DNA of 64,000 nt from Nannocystis bainbridge. GTDB lineage: Bacteria > Myxococcota_A > Polyangia > Nannocystales > Nannocystaceae. How positions within the stretch are numbered: position 1 is the first letter of the stretch; each line of letters starts with the position of its first letter. Shown in pieces: positions 27,542-37,028 of the stretch. Where the stretch lies: positions 1,504,001 through 1,568,000 of the forward strand of contig NZ_JAQNDL010000003.1 of assembly GCF_028368995.1 (NCBI RefSeq), in the 5' to 3' direction. A program made the position numbers and the translations under genes. The notes under the pieces were generated by a model. That model made no database searches. It had not been told where the DNA came from and saw only the letters and a list, made by a program, of their open reading frames with translations.

Positions 27542-29341
27542 ATGCCGAAGGCGCAGCGGCTCGCGGGGCTCGTGTCGTCGACCCTGCTGGCGTGCGCGCC
27601 GGAGCTGCCGCGAAGCGTGCAGCCGAGCGGTCGCAGCGGCGCCGAGCCCTGGCCCGACATCGCCGCTCCGATGCCGGCCCGGCGAGACAGTCGGGGCGAC
27701 GCCGCCCTGATCGTCAGCATCGAGGACTACAGCCAGCTGCCCGACCGCCCCGGCGCCCACGCCGTCGCCGGCGCGTGGTACCGCTATTTGTGGCAGACCC
27801 GCGGCCTGCGGCCCGCGCGGATCTCCTGGCTGCGCGACCGCCAGGCCGGCGGCGACTCGCTGCGCAAGGCCCTCCAGCAGGCCCACGGGAGGGTCGGCAA
27901 GGACGCCACGTTATGGGTCGTGTTCGTCGGCCACGCCGCGACGGCCGCGGGCGACGCTCACGGGATCTTGCTGGACCCGGACGCCAGCGCCGGTCGCTGG
28001 CGCGGCACGCCGGTGCGCGGCTTGCTCGCGCTCGCGGGCCACGGCCTGCACCGGCGCCTGATCGCCGTGCTCGATGGCTGCCTGCCCGAAGGGACAGGTG
28101 ACGCCGCGCGCTCCGGGCTGACCGCCTCGGGCCTGCCCGCGCTCGCGCCGTGGGCCGGGCTGGCCCCGCGTTCGCACGACCCCATGCGCGGGTCGGGCCT
28201 CGGAGCCATGCTCGCCGAGACCAGGGACCGGGTCGCGCTCGACATGGCCCGCCGCGGCCGCGAGCCGGCCGACGCGGTCGTGTTCACCGCCGGGGCCGGG
28301 CCCGCCTGCCGCGAGGACCTGCCCGGCGCCGACACCCCCGCGCTGTCGTACCTGCTGCTCGGCGGCCTGCGCGGGTGGGCCGACATCAGCGGCGACGGTC
28401 GGGTCAGCGCGAGCGAGGCGCACCGCCACGTCGACCTGCTCCTTCGGACAGGTTATCACGGCAGCCCGGCCACACCGCGGCCGCAGGCGCGCGGCGTCGA
28501 GTTCACCCTCGCTCACGACGCGCGCGAGCGCGGCCCCACGATCGCCGGCGTGTTGCCGCTCGACGAGACCATCGACGAGCGCGCCCTGGCGGCCGAAGCC
28601 GGGGCCCTGTTCGTCGCCGAGCCGATGCTGAAGATCGATCGCGGGCGCTTCACCCTCGGCTGCCGCAGCCGACGCGACCGCGCCTGCGAGGCCGACGAAC
28701 GGCCGGCCTCGCGGGTCTTCCTCGACAGCTTCGCCATCGACGAGCACGAGGTCACGTGGCGCGACTACGCCGCCTGCGTCGCCGCGGGCGGTTGCGAGAA
28801 GATCGCCGTGCATCGCTGCGAGGTGTGGACCGGCGACGCGTTCGTGCGCGGCGCCCCGCTGGCCGACGCATTCATGCGCGAGGATCACCCGGTCGTGTGC
28901 GCGACCTGGGCCCAGGCCGCGGCGTTCTGCGCCTGGCGCGACAAGCGGCTGCCGACCGAGGCCGAGTGGGAACGCGCCGCCCGCGGCCCCGACGACCGCC
29001 ACGAATACCCGTGGGGCGACGCGCCGCCGACCTGCCAGCGGGCCCAGACGCACGAATGCGGCCCCACCACCGCGCCGGTCGGCAGCCACCCCGCCGGCCG
29101 CAGCCCCGACGGCGTGCACGACCTCGCTGGCAACGCCTCGGAGTGGGTCGCCGATTGGTACCACCCCCGGGCCTACGCCCGCAGTCACGGCCACAACCCC
29201 GCCGGCCCCGACCGCGGCGAGGTCCGGGTCGTGCGCGGCGGCAGCTTCTACGACGGCCCCGGCTACCTGCGCGTGTCCTATCGCTACGGCCTCAGCCCGC
29301 AATGGGGCTACGGCACCGTCGGCTTCCGCTGCGCGCGCTGA
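27542..29341 (+). CDS. Caspase-like (peptidase C14-type) domain fused to FGE/sulfatase-modifying-factor domain, probable lipoprotein
   Basis: ALIVSIEDY, WVVFVGH, AVLDGC, GWADISGDGRVS; C-terminal RLPTEAEWERAAR, DLAGNASEWV, VVRGGSF, GFRCAR; LLAC near the N-terminus. Confidence 0.85.
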   Translation: MPKAQRLAGLVSSTLLACAPELPRSVQPSGRSGAEPWPDIAAPMPARRDSRGDAALIVSIEDYSQLPDRPGAHAVAGAWYRYLWQTRGLRPARISWLRDRQAGGDSLRKALQQAHGRVGKDATLWVVFVGHAATAAGDAHGILLDPDASAGRWRGTPVRGLLALAGHGLHRRLIAVLDGCLPEGTGDAARSGLTASGLPALAPWAGLAPRSHDPMRGSGLGAMLAETRDRVALDMARRGREPADAVVFTAGAGPACREDLPGADTPALSYLLLGGLRGWADISGDGRVSASEAHRHVDLLLRTGYHGSPATPRPQARGVEFTLAHDARERGPTIAGVLPLDETIDERALAAEAGALFVAEPMLKIDRGRFTLGCRSRRDRACEADERPASRVFLDSFAIDEHEVTWRDYAACVAAGGCEKIAVHRCEVWTGDAFVRGAPLADAFMREDHPVVCATWAQAAAFCAWRDKRLPTEAEWERAARGPDDRHEYPWGDAPPTCQRAQTHECGPTTAPVGSHPAGRSPDGVHDLAGNASEWVADWYHPRAYARSHGHNPAGPDRGEVRVVRGGSFYDGPGYLRVSYRYGLSPQWGYGTVGFRCAR

Positions 29342-29344
29342 TAT

Positions 29345-29366
29345 CACATGTCCCACGGGACATGTC
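29345..29366. repeat. TGTC-N6-GACA array between convergent genes
   Basis: CACA TGTC CCACGG GACA TGTC, starting 3 bp after a stop codon. Confidence 0.8.
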
Positions 29367-29636
29367 GCCCGCGCAGTGATACGCTCCCGACGCTCTTTTT
29401 AGCGGTTATCGAGCATCGGGAGAACCTTCGAGTTCGCGGCGCCTCGCCGGGACATAGGGACCTCGCGCGGAGCGCCTGCCATCGTCCGTGAAGCACCGGC
29501 CCGGCGCGGCATACCCCGCGCCCGAAAAATGGCCAGTCACGCAATTTCGGTGGTCGTGGCCCCGCTGCGGGTTCGCTCGTCACCGGGGTCCAGGCCGGGG
29601 AGCGGGCCCGCAGCGGGGCGAGGGGAATCACGGCAG

Positions 29637-30362
29637 TTACAGGCAGCTGCTCGGGCCGACGTAGATGTCGCCGTCGCAGAACAGCGCCCCGCCGGTCACG
29701 CAGGCCTCGAGGCAATCGGACATCAGCTCCGCCGCGCAGAAGGCGAACAGGTGCAGGTCGTCGTTGAAGTCGAGCTGGACGCTGCAGGCCGGCTCGACCG
29801 CGATCGGGTCGCACTGGGCCAGACAATCGAGGCCCTCCTGCACTTCACAATCGGTCTCGAGGTCGAAGCCGAGGTCGGTGCACTCGTCGAACTCGAGGTC
29901 CGGGACGAGGTCGACGTCCGGGAAGAGGTCGATGTCGATGTCGATATCGAGGTCGATGAGACCGAGCAGACAGGCGTCGGCGCCGACGAACAGGCCGTCG
30001 CAGAACAGCGCCCCGCCGTCCTCGATCTCGGCCTCGCACAGCGCGACCATGTCGCCGAGGCAGTCCGCGAAGTCATGGATGTCCGGGCCGGGCCCGAGCT
30101 GGACGAGGCAGGCCTCCGCGACGCTCACCGGGTCGCAGACGAGCTCGTCGAGGTCGTCGATCACGATACAGTCGGCGCCGAGGTCGAGGTCGATATCGAA
30201 GCACTCGCCGAGGCCGAGATCGATGTCGTCGTCGCCGTCATCCTCTCCGCAGCCGATGCCGAGCAGAGGGCACAGGTCGATCAGGGCGTGGGCCGGCGTC
30301 GCCATGCTGGCCGCGGCGGAGAATGCGAAGACCGTGAAGAGGTGGGAAATGGTGCGTGACAT
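29637..30362 (-). CDS. Secreted, highly acidic Cys-rich protein with internal duplication
   Basis: RBS AAGGAG + ATG 30362; signal peptide ending AHA; two units ending GGALFCDG..VG...CL. Confidence 0.8.
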   Translation of the reverse strand: MSRTISHLFTVFAFSAAASMATPAHALIDLCPLLGIGCGEDDGDDDIDLGLGECFDIDLDLGADCIVIDDLDELVCDPVSVAEACLVQLGPGPDIHDFADCLGDMVALCEAEIEDGGALFCDGLFVGADACLLGLIDLDIDIDIDLFPDVDLVPDLEFDECTDLGFDLETDCEVQEGLDCLAQCDPIAVEPACSVQLDFNDDLHLFAFCAAELMSDCLEACVTGGALFCDGDIYVGPSSCL

Positions 30363-31133
30363 TGGGAATACTCCTTGGTAGGTCCATCGAACCCGTCGAT
30401 AGCGATCACGGACGGGCTCGGCGAATCCCCTGCTATGAATCCCGCAGGGTCGTTTCGGGCTAACCATGGAGCCCCGGCAGGTGCGGGCAAACGACAAAAA
30501 CATGCGCTCGCCCGCCCTTCACCCTGGAAAACGGCGTCTAGCGGCGTTCTTCGGCCACTTTACGCGGTTTTCCGGCGGCCTCTCCGCCCCCCTGGGGGCA
30601 TGCGTCGGGGGAATACACCCCCGGCGCTTCGCCCCGCCCGGTCCATCAGGCGAGCTCACCATTAAAAGGCCTCGACGCGCCCATTTCGCCGGCTCCATGC
30701 GATGTCTCCATGCCGTCATTGGCAGGACCCGATCTGGAATGCGGGTTCGACCGCGATGGCGTACGACCGGTCCATGGCGCTCGCCGACGCGCAGGACAGG
30801 CCGGTCCGTCGCGCCGCTTCGATCGGCCTGAATCGGGCCAATTCCGCCGCTAATCGGCGAATTCGCGAGAGGCAGACCCTCGAGTCCCGGAGCGGGAATT
30901 GCGCGTTCGGTCTACCCCGTTATGATTCGCAGCGACCTCGTCCTCGGCCCTGCAGACAGCGCTGGGCTCGCTGGCACGATCGGGCCGAATCACCTCACTC
31001 GACCCCGGCCGAGGCCGCCTGTCACCGGACCGAGCCCGCAGGCGCCCGCCGTGAATCAAGGCTCACGACCCGCGCCCTGCCACCATTCACCCGGCGCCCC
31101 GCGACCTGTCGCGGAGCGCCTCGCCTCGGCGCC

Positions 31134-31928
31134 TCAGCGGCGCGGGAACCACGGCACCAGCCGCGACGTCGTCCGCTGATAGTCCGCGTAGTTCGGGTAC
31201 TTCGTGCGCGTCAGCTGCTCGGTGAACTTCGTCGAGCCGTGGAACAGCAGCGTCAGCAGCACCGGGCCGACGATCGCCACGTTGACGAGGCCCGCCCCGG
31301 ACGCCACCGCGAACGCGTAGAACGTCCACCACATCGACACCTCGCAGAAGAAGTTCGGGTGGCGGGAGTAGCGGAACAGCCCCTGCGTCAGGAACTTGGG
31401 CCCGTACGCGCTGCCGCGGGCGCGCTTGGCCTCATGGAACCGCCACTGTTGTTGGTCCGCGATCGTCTCGCCCGCCAGCAGCATCAGGAACACCAGCGTC
31501 GCCAGCGTATCGAGCGCGCCCCACGGTGCGGCCGTCGGCGACGCTGCCACGTAAGCCGGCAGCGCCAGCAGCAGCAGCAGCCCGTTCTGGATGAACGCGA
31601 TGAACACCAGGGCGAACACCGCGAACAGCGGCGGCGGCAGCCGGCGGCGCAGCTCGACCCACCGATAATCCTCGCCGCCGGGCGCATAGCCGCCCTTGCG
31701 CGCGAAGTTGAAGGTCAACCGCGCGCCCCACAGCGCGGCCAGGATCGTCATCACAGTCAGGCGCGCGTCGCAGGCGGGCGCCTGCGCGGCGAACCACGCC
31801 ACATACGCGGGCGGGAGGATCGACCACACGCGGTCGACCCAAGAGTATTCGCGGGTGGCCGCGCCGAGCAGCCAGCACAGGGAAGCAGCGCCGAGGCACG
31901 CGAAGAACGCGGCGTGGAGAGGGTCCAT
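31134..31928 (-). CDS. DUF1295 / steroid 5-alpha-reductase-like membrane protein
   Basis: YSWVDRVWS, GEDYRW, ETIADQQQWRF, GLFRYSRHPNFFCE. Confidence 0.9.
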   Translation of the reverse strand: MDPLHAAFFACLGAASLCWLLGAATREYSWVDRVWSILPPAYVAWFAAQAPACDARLTVMTILAALWGARLTFNFARKGGYAPGGEDYRWVELRRRLPPPLFAVFALVFIAFIQNGLLLLLALPAYVAASPTAAPWGALDTLATLVFLMLLAGETIADQQQWRFHEAKRARGSAYGPKFLTQGLFRYSRHPNFFCEVSMWWTFYAFAVASGAGLVNVAIVGPVLLTLLFHGSTKFTEQLTRTKYPNYADYQRTTSRLVPWFPRR

Positions 31929-32072
31929 GCGCGGCATCCTATGTCGAAACGCGGCCACGTGCGACGAGCGCGGCGCGCGGACGGCCGTCCGTACATGGCC
32001 ACGCCGGGCTCACGCGGCCTCCGCGGGCGTGGACGCTGCGAGATCTCTCCGCTATCGTCGCCGCGGTTCTTC

Positions 32073-33398
32073 ATGCTCGACCTCTCGCTCCGCCGTCGAC
32101 TGCAGGCCCCTGGCAACATGCTGCAGTTCGCCTGGCGGCCGCAGCAGTTCATCGCGCGTCACACCACGGCCGCGCCGATCCACCAGGTAGCGATGCCGGG
32201 CGCCTCGCCCTTCTTCGTCGCCGACCCCGAGCTCATCGACGAGGTCCTGGTCGGCCGCAGCAAGCTGTTCATCAAGGACCGCTTCACCCGCGAGCTGTCG
32301 CTCGTCGTCGGCAACGGCCTGCTCGTCAGCGACGGCGACTTCTGGCGGCGCCAGCGGCGGCTGGCCCAGCCGGCCTTCCACCGCGAGCGCATCGCCGCTT
32401 ACGGCGCGATCATGGTCGACCACGCCGAGCGCCTCGCGTCGACCTGGCGCGAAGGACAGGTGCTCGACATCCACGCGGCGATGATGCGCCTCACCCTCGA
32501 CATCGTCGCCGACACCCTGTTCTCCACCGGCGTCGACCGGGCCATCGCCGAGACCATCGGCGACGCGCTCGACGTCATCATGGCCCGCTTCTCCGACCCG
32601 ACCTTCGCCTTCTTGCCGTGGCTCGCCGACCTGCCGCTGGCCAAGAACCGCCGCTTCCGCGAGGCACGCACGCGCATCGACGGCGCCATCCGCGGCATCG
32701 TCACCGCCCGCCGCGCGAGCGGCCGCGACGAGGGCGACCTGCTGTCGATGCTGCTGCGCGCGCGCGACGACGAGGGCGGGCAGATGAGCGACGAGCAGCT
32801 GCGCGACGAGGCGTTCATCCTGTTCGTCGCCGGCCACGAGACCACCGCGCTGGCGCTGACCTGGACGTGGATGCTGCTGTCGCAGCACCCGGAGGCGTGG
32901 GCCAAGCTGCGCGCCGAGCTCGATCACGTGCTCGGCGACCGGCCGCCGACGCTCGCCGACGTCCCGGCGCTGCGCTACACCGATTGGGTCGTGCACGAGA
33001 GCATGCGGCTGTACCCGCCGGCGTGGAGCATCGGCCGCGAGGCGCTCGAAGACCTCGAGCTCGGCGGCGTCGCCGTCCCGCGCGGCGCCCAGCTGTGGAT
33101 GTTCCAGTGGGCCGCCCACCGCGATCCGCGGCACTTCCCGCGGCCCGAGGCGTTCGAGCCCGAGCGGTGGGACGGCGACCTCGCGCGACGGATCCCCCGC
33201 TTCGCCTACTTCCCGTTCGGCGGCGGCCCGCGCCTGTGCATCGGCAACAACTTCGCCTCGCTCGAGCTCGTGCTGGTGCTCGCCAGCCTGGCCCGTCGCT
33301 GGCGCCCGGTCGTCCGCGCCGCCGATCGCCCGCGCCCGCAGTTCTCGATCACGCTGCGGCCTGTCGGCGGCATGCGGGCGACGTTGCAGCGGCGCTGA
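32073..33398 (+). CDS. Cytochrome P450
   Basis: AGHETT, ESMRLYPP, FEPERW, heme motif FGGGPRLCIG. Confidence 0.95.
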   Translation: MLDLSLRRRLQAPGNMLQFAWRPQQFIARHTTAAPIHQVAMPGASPFFVADPELIDEVLVGRSKLFIKDRFTRELSLVVGNGLLVSDGDFWRRQRRLAQPAFHRERIAAYGAIMVDHAERLASTWREGQVLDIHAAMMRLTLDIVADTLFSTGVDRAIAETIGDALDVIMARFSDPTFAFLPWLADLPLAKNRRFREARTRIDGAIRGIVTARRASGRDEGDLLSMLLRARDDEGGQMSDEQLRDEAFILFVAGHETTALALTWTWMLLSQHPEAWAKLRAELDHVLGDRPPTLADVPALRYTDWVVHESMRLYPPAWSIGREALEDLELGGVAVPRGAQLWMFQWAAHRDPRHFPRPEAFEPERWDGDLARRIPRFAYFPFGGGPRLCIGNNFASLELVLVLASLARRWRPVVRAADRPRPQFSITLRPVGGMRATLQRR

Positions 33399-33634
33399 GG
33401 GCCGCGGGGCGCGGCGGCGGGCTCGCAACGCGGCGATCGTCGGGCGGAGGCCGCGCCCGCGATCGATCGCCGCAGCCTCGCGTCGCTACCCCTACATCCG
33501 CCGCGAAGATCCTCCGCGCTCGCACCAGGCGGCTTCTTCGCCTGGCTCGATGTGGTTGAACGCCCGGGGGCCTGCCCCATGGTTCTACCGTGCGTCACCA
33601 GTCCCCGGGGACAGGCGACCGGAGGGGAGGTGTC

Positions 33635-35059
33635 ATGGCCGCAGTCCGCGTATTTCACGTCCGTCGGCCGCGCTGGCGCCGACCCTTGACGATCGCCGCG
33701 ATCGCGCTCGCCGCCGTGATCGCCATCGTCGGCCTGGTCCCGTGGTCATGCGCCTCGCGCCCGGGCGATCGCGCCTCGCTCAATCGCGAGGTCACCGCCG
33801 CCGCCGCCGTCGACGCCGACGACCTCGCCCGCGGCCGCCGCGACTTCTACGCCGAGGACTTCGGCAACGAGGTGTTCTTCAGCGACGTCATGGGCGTGCT
33901 GCGCGGCCCGCTGCGGGCCTGGCCGGCCGCGCGGGCGCTGTTCAAGCTGCGCGGCGCCGGCACCACCGACCTCGAGATCGAGCTCGCCGAGGACCTCACG
34001 ATCGGCGGCCAGACCTTCGCGCGCGGCAGCAAGCTCGGCACCGGCCTCGACGTCGCCGCCGGCTCGTTCTTGCCGCTCGGCGTGGTCGTGCACATGTCGC
34101 GCTACGAGCTCCGCGTCGGCATCACCTGCGCCCTGTGTCACTCGACCGTCGACCCCGAGACGAAGCAGGTGATCCACGGCGCCGCCAACAGCGACCTGCA
34201 GGCCGGCCTGCTGGTCGCGCTCGCGCCCAACAGCGCGGCCTTCCGCGCCCACACCGACATCGCGCCGCTCCCCGATCTCGCAGCCGTCGAGGCCGCCGTC
34301 GATCGCACGCTCGCGGCGTGGCCTCCGGGCAGCTTCGACGCCACCCTCGACGGTGCCGCCAATCCGACGCGGATCCCCGATGTCTTCGTCCACGAAGAGG
34401 CCCCCTATGGTTGGACCGGCTCCTCGCGCGCCGGGCCGCTGTCGGGCCTCGCCCTCTACATCAACGGACCGACCGCGCTGCACGCCGTCAGCGCGCCCTA
34501 CGTCGAGCCGCCGGAGTGGCAGCGGATCGTCGCCATGGCCGCGTGGCAGGACGCGTTGCGTCCGCCCGAGGTCGTCGTCGACGCCGCGGCCGCGGCTCGC
34601 GGGCGCCAGGTGTTCACCCGCGCCGGCTGCGAGCGCTGCCACGCGGGTCCTGCCTACACCACCCAATCGGTGCTCCCGCACGCCCGCGTCGGCACCGACC
34701 CCGCCCGCGCCAATGGCCAGAGTGGCTACAAGATTCCCGGCCTCGTCGGCCTGTGGTGGAGCGCCCCGTACCTGCACGACGGCGGCGTCGCCGTCGCCCC
34801 CGGCGAGAGCGTCGTCGGCGTCGGCAACATCCGCGCCCGCGGCTTCCCGCTCGACCCGCGCGCCAGCCTGCGCGCGCTCCTCGACCGCGAGCTGCGGGCC
34901 CGCGTGATCGCGGCCAACCACGCCGACACCGCGCGCTGGGAGCTGCACGTGCGCGGCGTCGGCCACGAGTTTTGGGTCGACCCCGGCGCCGGCTTCACCC
35001 CGGCCGAACAGGGCGCCCTCGTCGAGCATTTGTTGTCGCTGCGGATCCCCGGCGGCTGA
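33635..35059 (+). CDS. Membrane-anchored di-heme c-type cytochrome (RoxA/CCP-like superfamily)
   Basis: RBS GGAGG, N-terminal TM, CALCH and CERCH, GYKIPGLVGLWWSAPYLHDG, GHEF. Confidence 0.8.
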   Translation: MAAVRVFHVRRPRWRRPLTIAAIALAAVIAIVGLVPWSCASRPGDRASLNREVTAAAAVDADDLARGRRDFYAEDFGNEVFFSDVMGVLRGPLRAWPAARALFKLRGAGTTDLEIELAEDLTIGGQTFARGSKLGTGLDVAAGSFLPLGVVVHMSRYELRVGITCALCHSTVDPETKQVIHGAANSDLQAGLLVALAPNSAAFRAHTDIAPLPDLAAVEAAVDRTLAAWPPGSFDATLDGAANPTRIPDVFVHEEAPYGWTGSSRAGPLSGLALYINGPTALHAVSAPYVEPPEWQRIVAMAAWQDALRPPEVVVDAAAAARGRQVFTRAGCERCHAGPAYTTQSVLPHARVGTDPARANGQSGYKIPGLVGLWWSAPYLHDGGVAVAPGESVVGVGNIRARGFPLDPRASLRALLDRELRARVIAANHADTARWELHVRGVGHEFWVDPGAGFTPAEQGALVEHLLSLRIPGG

Positions 35060-35249
35060 GCGCCGACGAATTCCGGGTCCATCGTCCCACGAGGATCGTC
35101 CAGACTCCGCGAATTCGCGGCCCGCGAATCATCCGACCGCGATGACCTGCGCCTCCGCCTCGCTGCGCGCCCGCCAATCGACGGAGTCGCCATTCGCATC
35201 GGCGCTGCTCCGCCCGTGCGGTCCCCGCGCCCGCGGTCTTCGGGCGCCA

Positions 35250-35263
35250 TGTCTCGAAGGACA
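35250..35263. repeat. TGTC-N6-GACA site
   Basis: TGTC TCGAAG GACA. Confidence 0.65.
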
Positions 35264-35618
35264 GCTGAACGGCGGCGATCACGCTTGTCGGAGCGCCGAC
35301 CGAGTCGCCTCGCGATCGCGTGTGCGGAATGACCAATGTCTGGCGCCCGCAGGGCCTGCGTTCGCCCCGGTGATTGCCGCGCATGTATGCTCGTTCACAA
35401 GATTTGCTCGCCGACGCGATCGCCGACGCGGCCCCGCGAAAACGCGCAGCGGTGGGCCCAGGGCCCGTGATGCGGCTGCGGACTGAACATTCGCTCCTGG
35501 TCGTTGCATCGGCAAGTTCACCCCAGCGGCAGGCCCCATCTGGGGCTCTTGCGGCGTGTTCTGCCTCATGCGCGATTGCGCGCCCCACGCGGTTTTGCCG
35601 GCGTATCCTCGCGTCCGG

Positions 35619-37028
35619 ATGCTTCCCCGTGTGCGCCGCGACGACACCACTCTCGAGCGCCAGCTGTGGCTCGCGGCCAACAAGCTCCGGCATCACCTCG
35701 ATGCGGCGGCTTACAAGCACATCGTGCTCGGGCTCGTATTTTTGCGCTGGGCCTCGAGCAGCTGGCCGGCGATCACCGCCGCGAGCAGCAGCCCCGACCT
35801 GGGCAAGCGCCTCGACGACGCGCTGCTGGCCCTCGAGCGCAGCGACGTCGCGCTGCACGGCGTGCTCACCCCTCGCTACGAGCGCTCGGGCCTCGACCCC
35901 GCCTGTCTCAAGGAGCTGGTCGGTCTGGTCGGCAGCGTCGACATCGCCGGCGACCGCGACCTGCTCGGGCGGATCTACGAATATTTCCTCGCCGAGTTCG
36001 CCAGCGCCGAGGGCCGCAAGGGCGGGCAGTTTTACACCCCGCGCGGCGTCGTCCAGCTGCTCGTCGCCATGCTCGCCCCGCGGTCCGGGCGCGTCTACGA
36101 CCCCTGCTGCGGCAGCGGCGGCATGTTCGTGCACAGCGCTCACGCCGGCATCAATCTGTTCGGACAGGAGTCGAATCCGACCACCTGGCGGCTGGCGAAG
36201 ATGAACCTCGCGCTGCGCGGCTTGCAGGGCGACCTCGGCCCCGGGCCCGGCGACACCTTGCGCCGCGACCTCCACCCCGACTTGCGGGCCGAGTACATCC
36301 TCGCCAACCCGCCGTTCAACGCCAGCGCGTGGGGCGAGCCGGACTCTGGCGATACCCGCTGGCGCTACGGCCAGCCGCCGTCGCGCTGCGCCAACTTCGC
36401 GTGGGTCCAGCACGTCCTGCATCACCTCGCCCCGCGCGGCGTCGCCGGGGTCGTGCTCGCGTGCGGCAGCCTGAGCTCGCGCCGCTCGGGCGAGGGCGAC
36501 ATTCGCCGCGCCATCGTCGAGGCCGACAAGCTCGACTGCGTGGTCGCCCTGCCGTCGCAGCTGTTCTACGCCACCTCGATCCCCGCCTGCCTGTGGATCT
36601 TCGCCGACGACAGGCGCGGCGGCGACGGCCGCTCGCGCCAGGGCGAGGTCCTCTTCGTCGACGCGCGCCACCTCGGCACCATGGTCACTCGCACCATGCG
36701 CGAGCTGTCGCGCGCCGACATCGAAGCGATCGCCGGCACCTATCGCGCCTGGCGCGGCGACTCCGAGGTCGCCGCGACCGAAGGCGAGCCGCCGCGACCG
36801 GTCGAGGTCGCCGGCTTCTCGCGCGCCGTCGACCTCGCCGAGATCGCGCGTCAGGAGTTCGTGCTCACGCCCGGGCGTTACGTCGGCGCTGCCGCCGAAC
36901 CGGCGCCCTCCGAGCCCTACGCCGAGCGCATGCGACGGCTCGCCGGGACGCTCGACGCCCAGCTCGTCACCGCCGCCGAGCTCGATCGCAAGCTCCGCGA
37001 CCTCGTGCGGGAGCTCGACCATGAGTGA
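35619..37028 (+). CDS. hsdM: Type I restriction-modification methyltransferase subunit
   Basis: LWLAANKLR, GRIYEYFL, GQFYTPR, YDPCCGSGGMF, NPPF, LTPGRYVG. Confidence 0.93.
   Translation: MLPRVRRDDTTLERQLWLAANKLRHHLDAAAYKHIVLGLVFLRWASSSWPAITAASSSPDLGKRLDDALLALERSDVALHGVLTPRYERSGLDPACLKELVGLVGSVDIAGDRDLLGRIYEYFLAEFASAEGRKGGQFYTPRGVVQLLVAMLAPRSGRVYDPCCGSGGMFVHSAHAGINLFGQESNPTTWRLAKMNLALRGLQGDLGPGPGDTLRRDLHPDLRAEYILANPPFNASAWGEPDSGDTRWRYGQPPSRCANFAWVQHVLHHLAPRGVAGVVLACGSLSSRRSGEGDIRRAIVEADKLDCVVALPSQLFYATSIPACLWIFADDRRGGDGRSRQGEVLFVDARHLGTMVTRTMRELSRADIEAIAGTYRAWRGDSEVAATEGEPPRPVEVAGFSRAVDLAEIARQEFVLTPGRYVGAAAEPAPSEPYAERMRRLAGTLDAQLVTAAELDRKLRDLVRELDHE

Noticed and set aside
30363-31133. Possible ncRNA or riboswitch in long intergenic regions (also 35060-35600, 45660-46600)
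   Set aside because: Only short GC-rich inverted repeats and no recognisable RNA family by eye; an Infernal/Rfam search would be needed.
30702-33398. Apparent giant fusions in the ORF track (9921..12128, 18247..19752, 27092..29341, 30702..33398, 49797..51866, 59554..63123)
   Set aside because: Stop-free upstream extensions over neighbouring genes or intergenic DNA; the real starts are downstream, as annotated.
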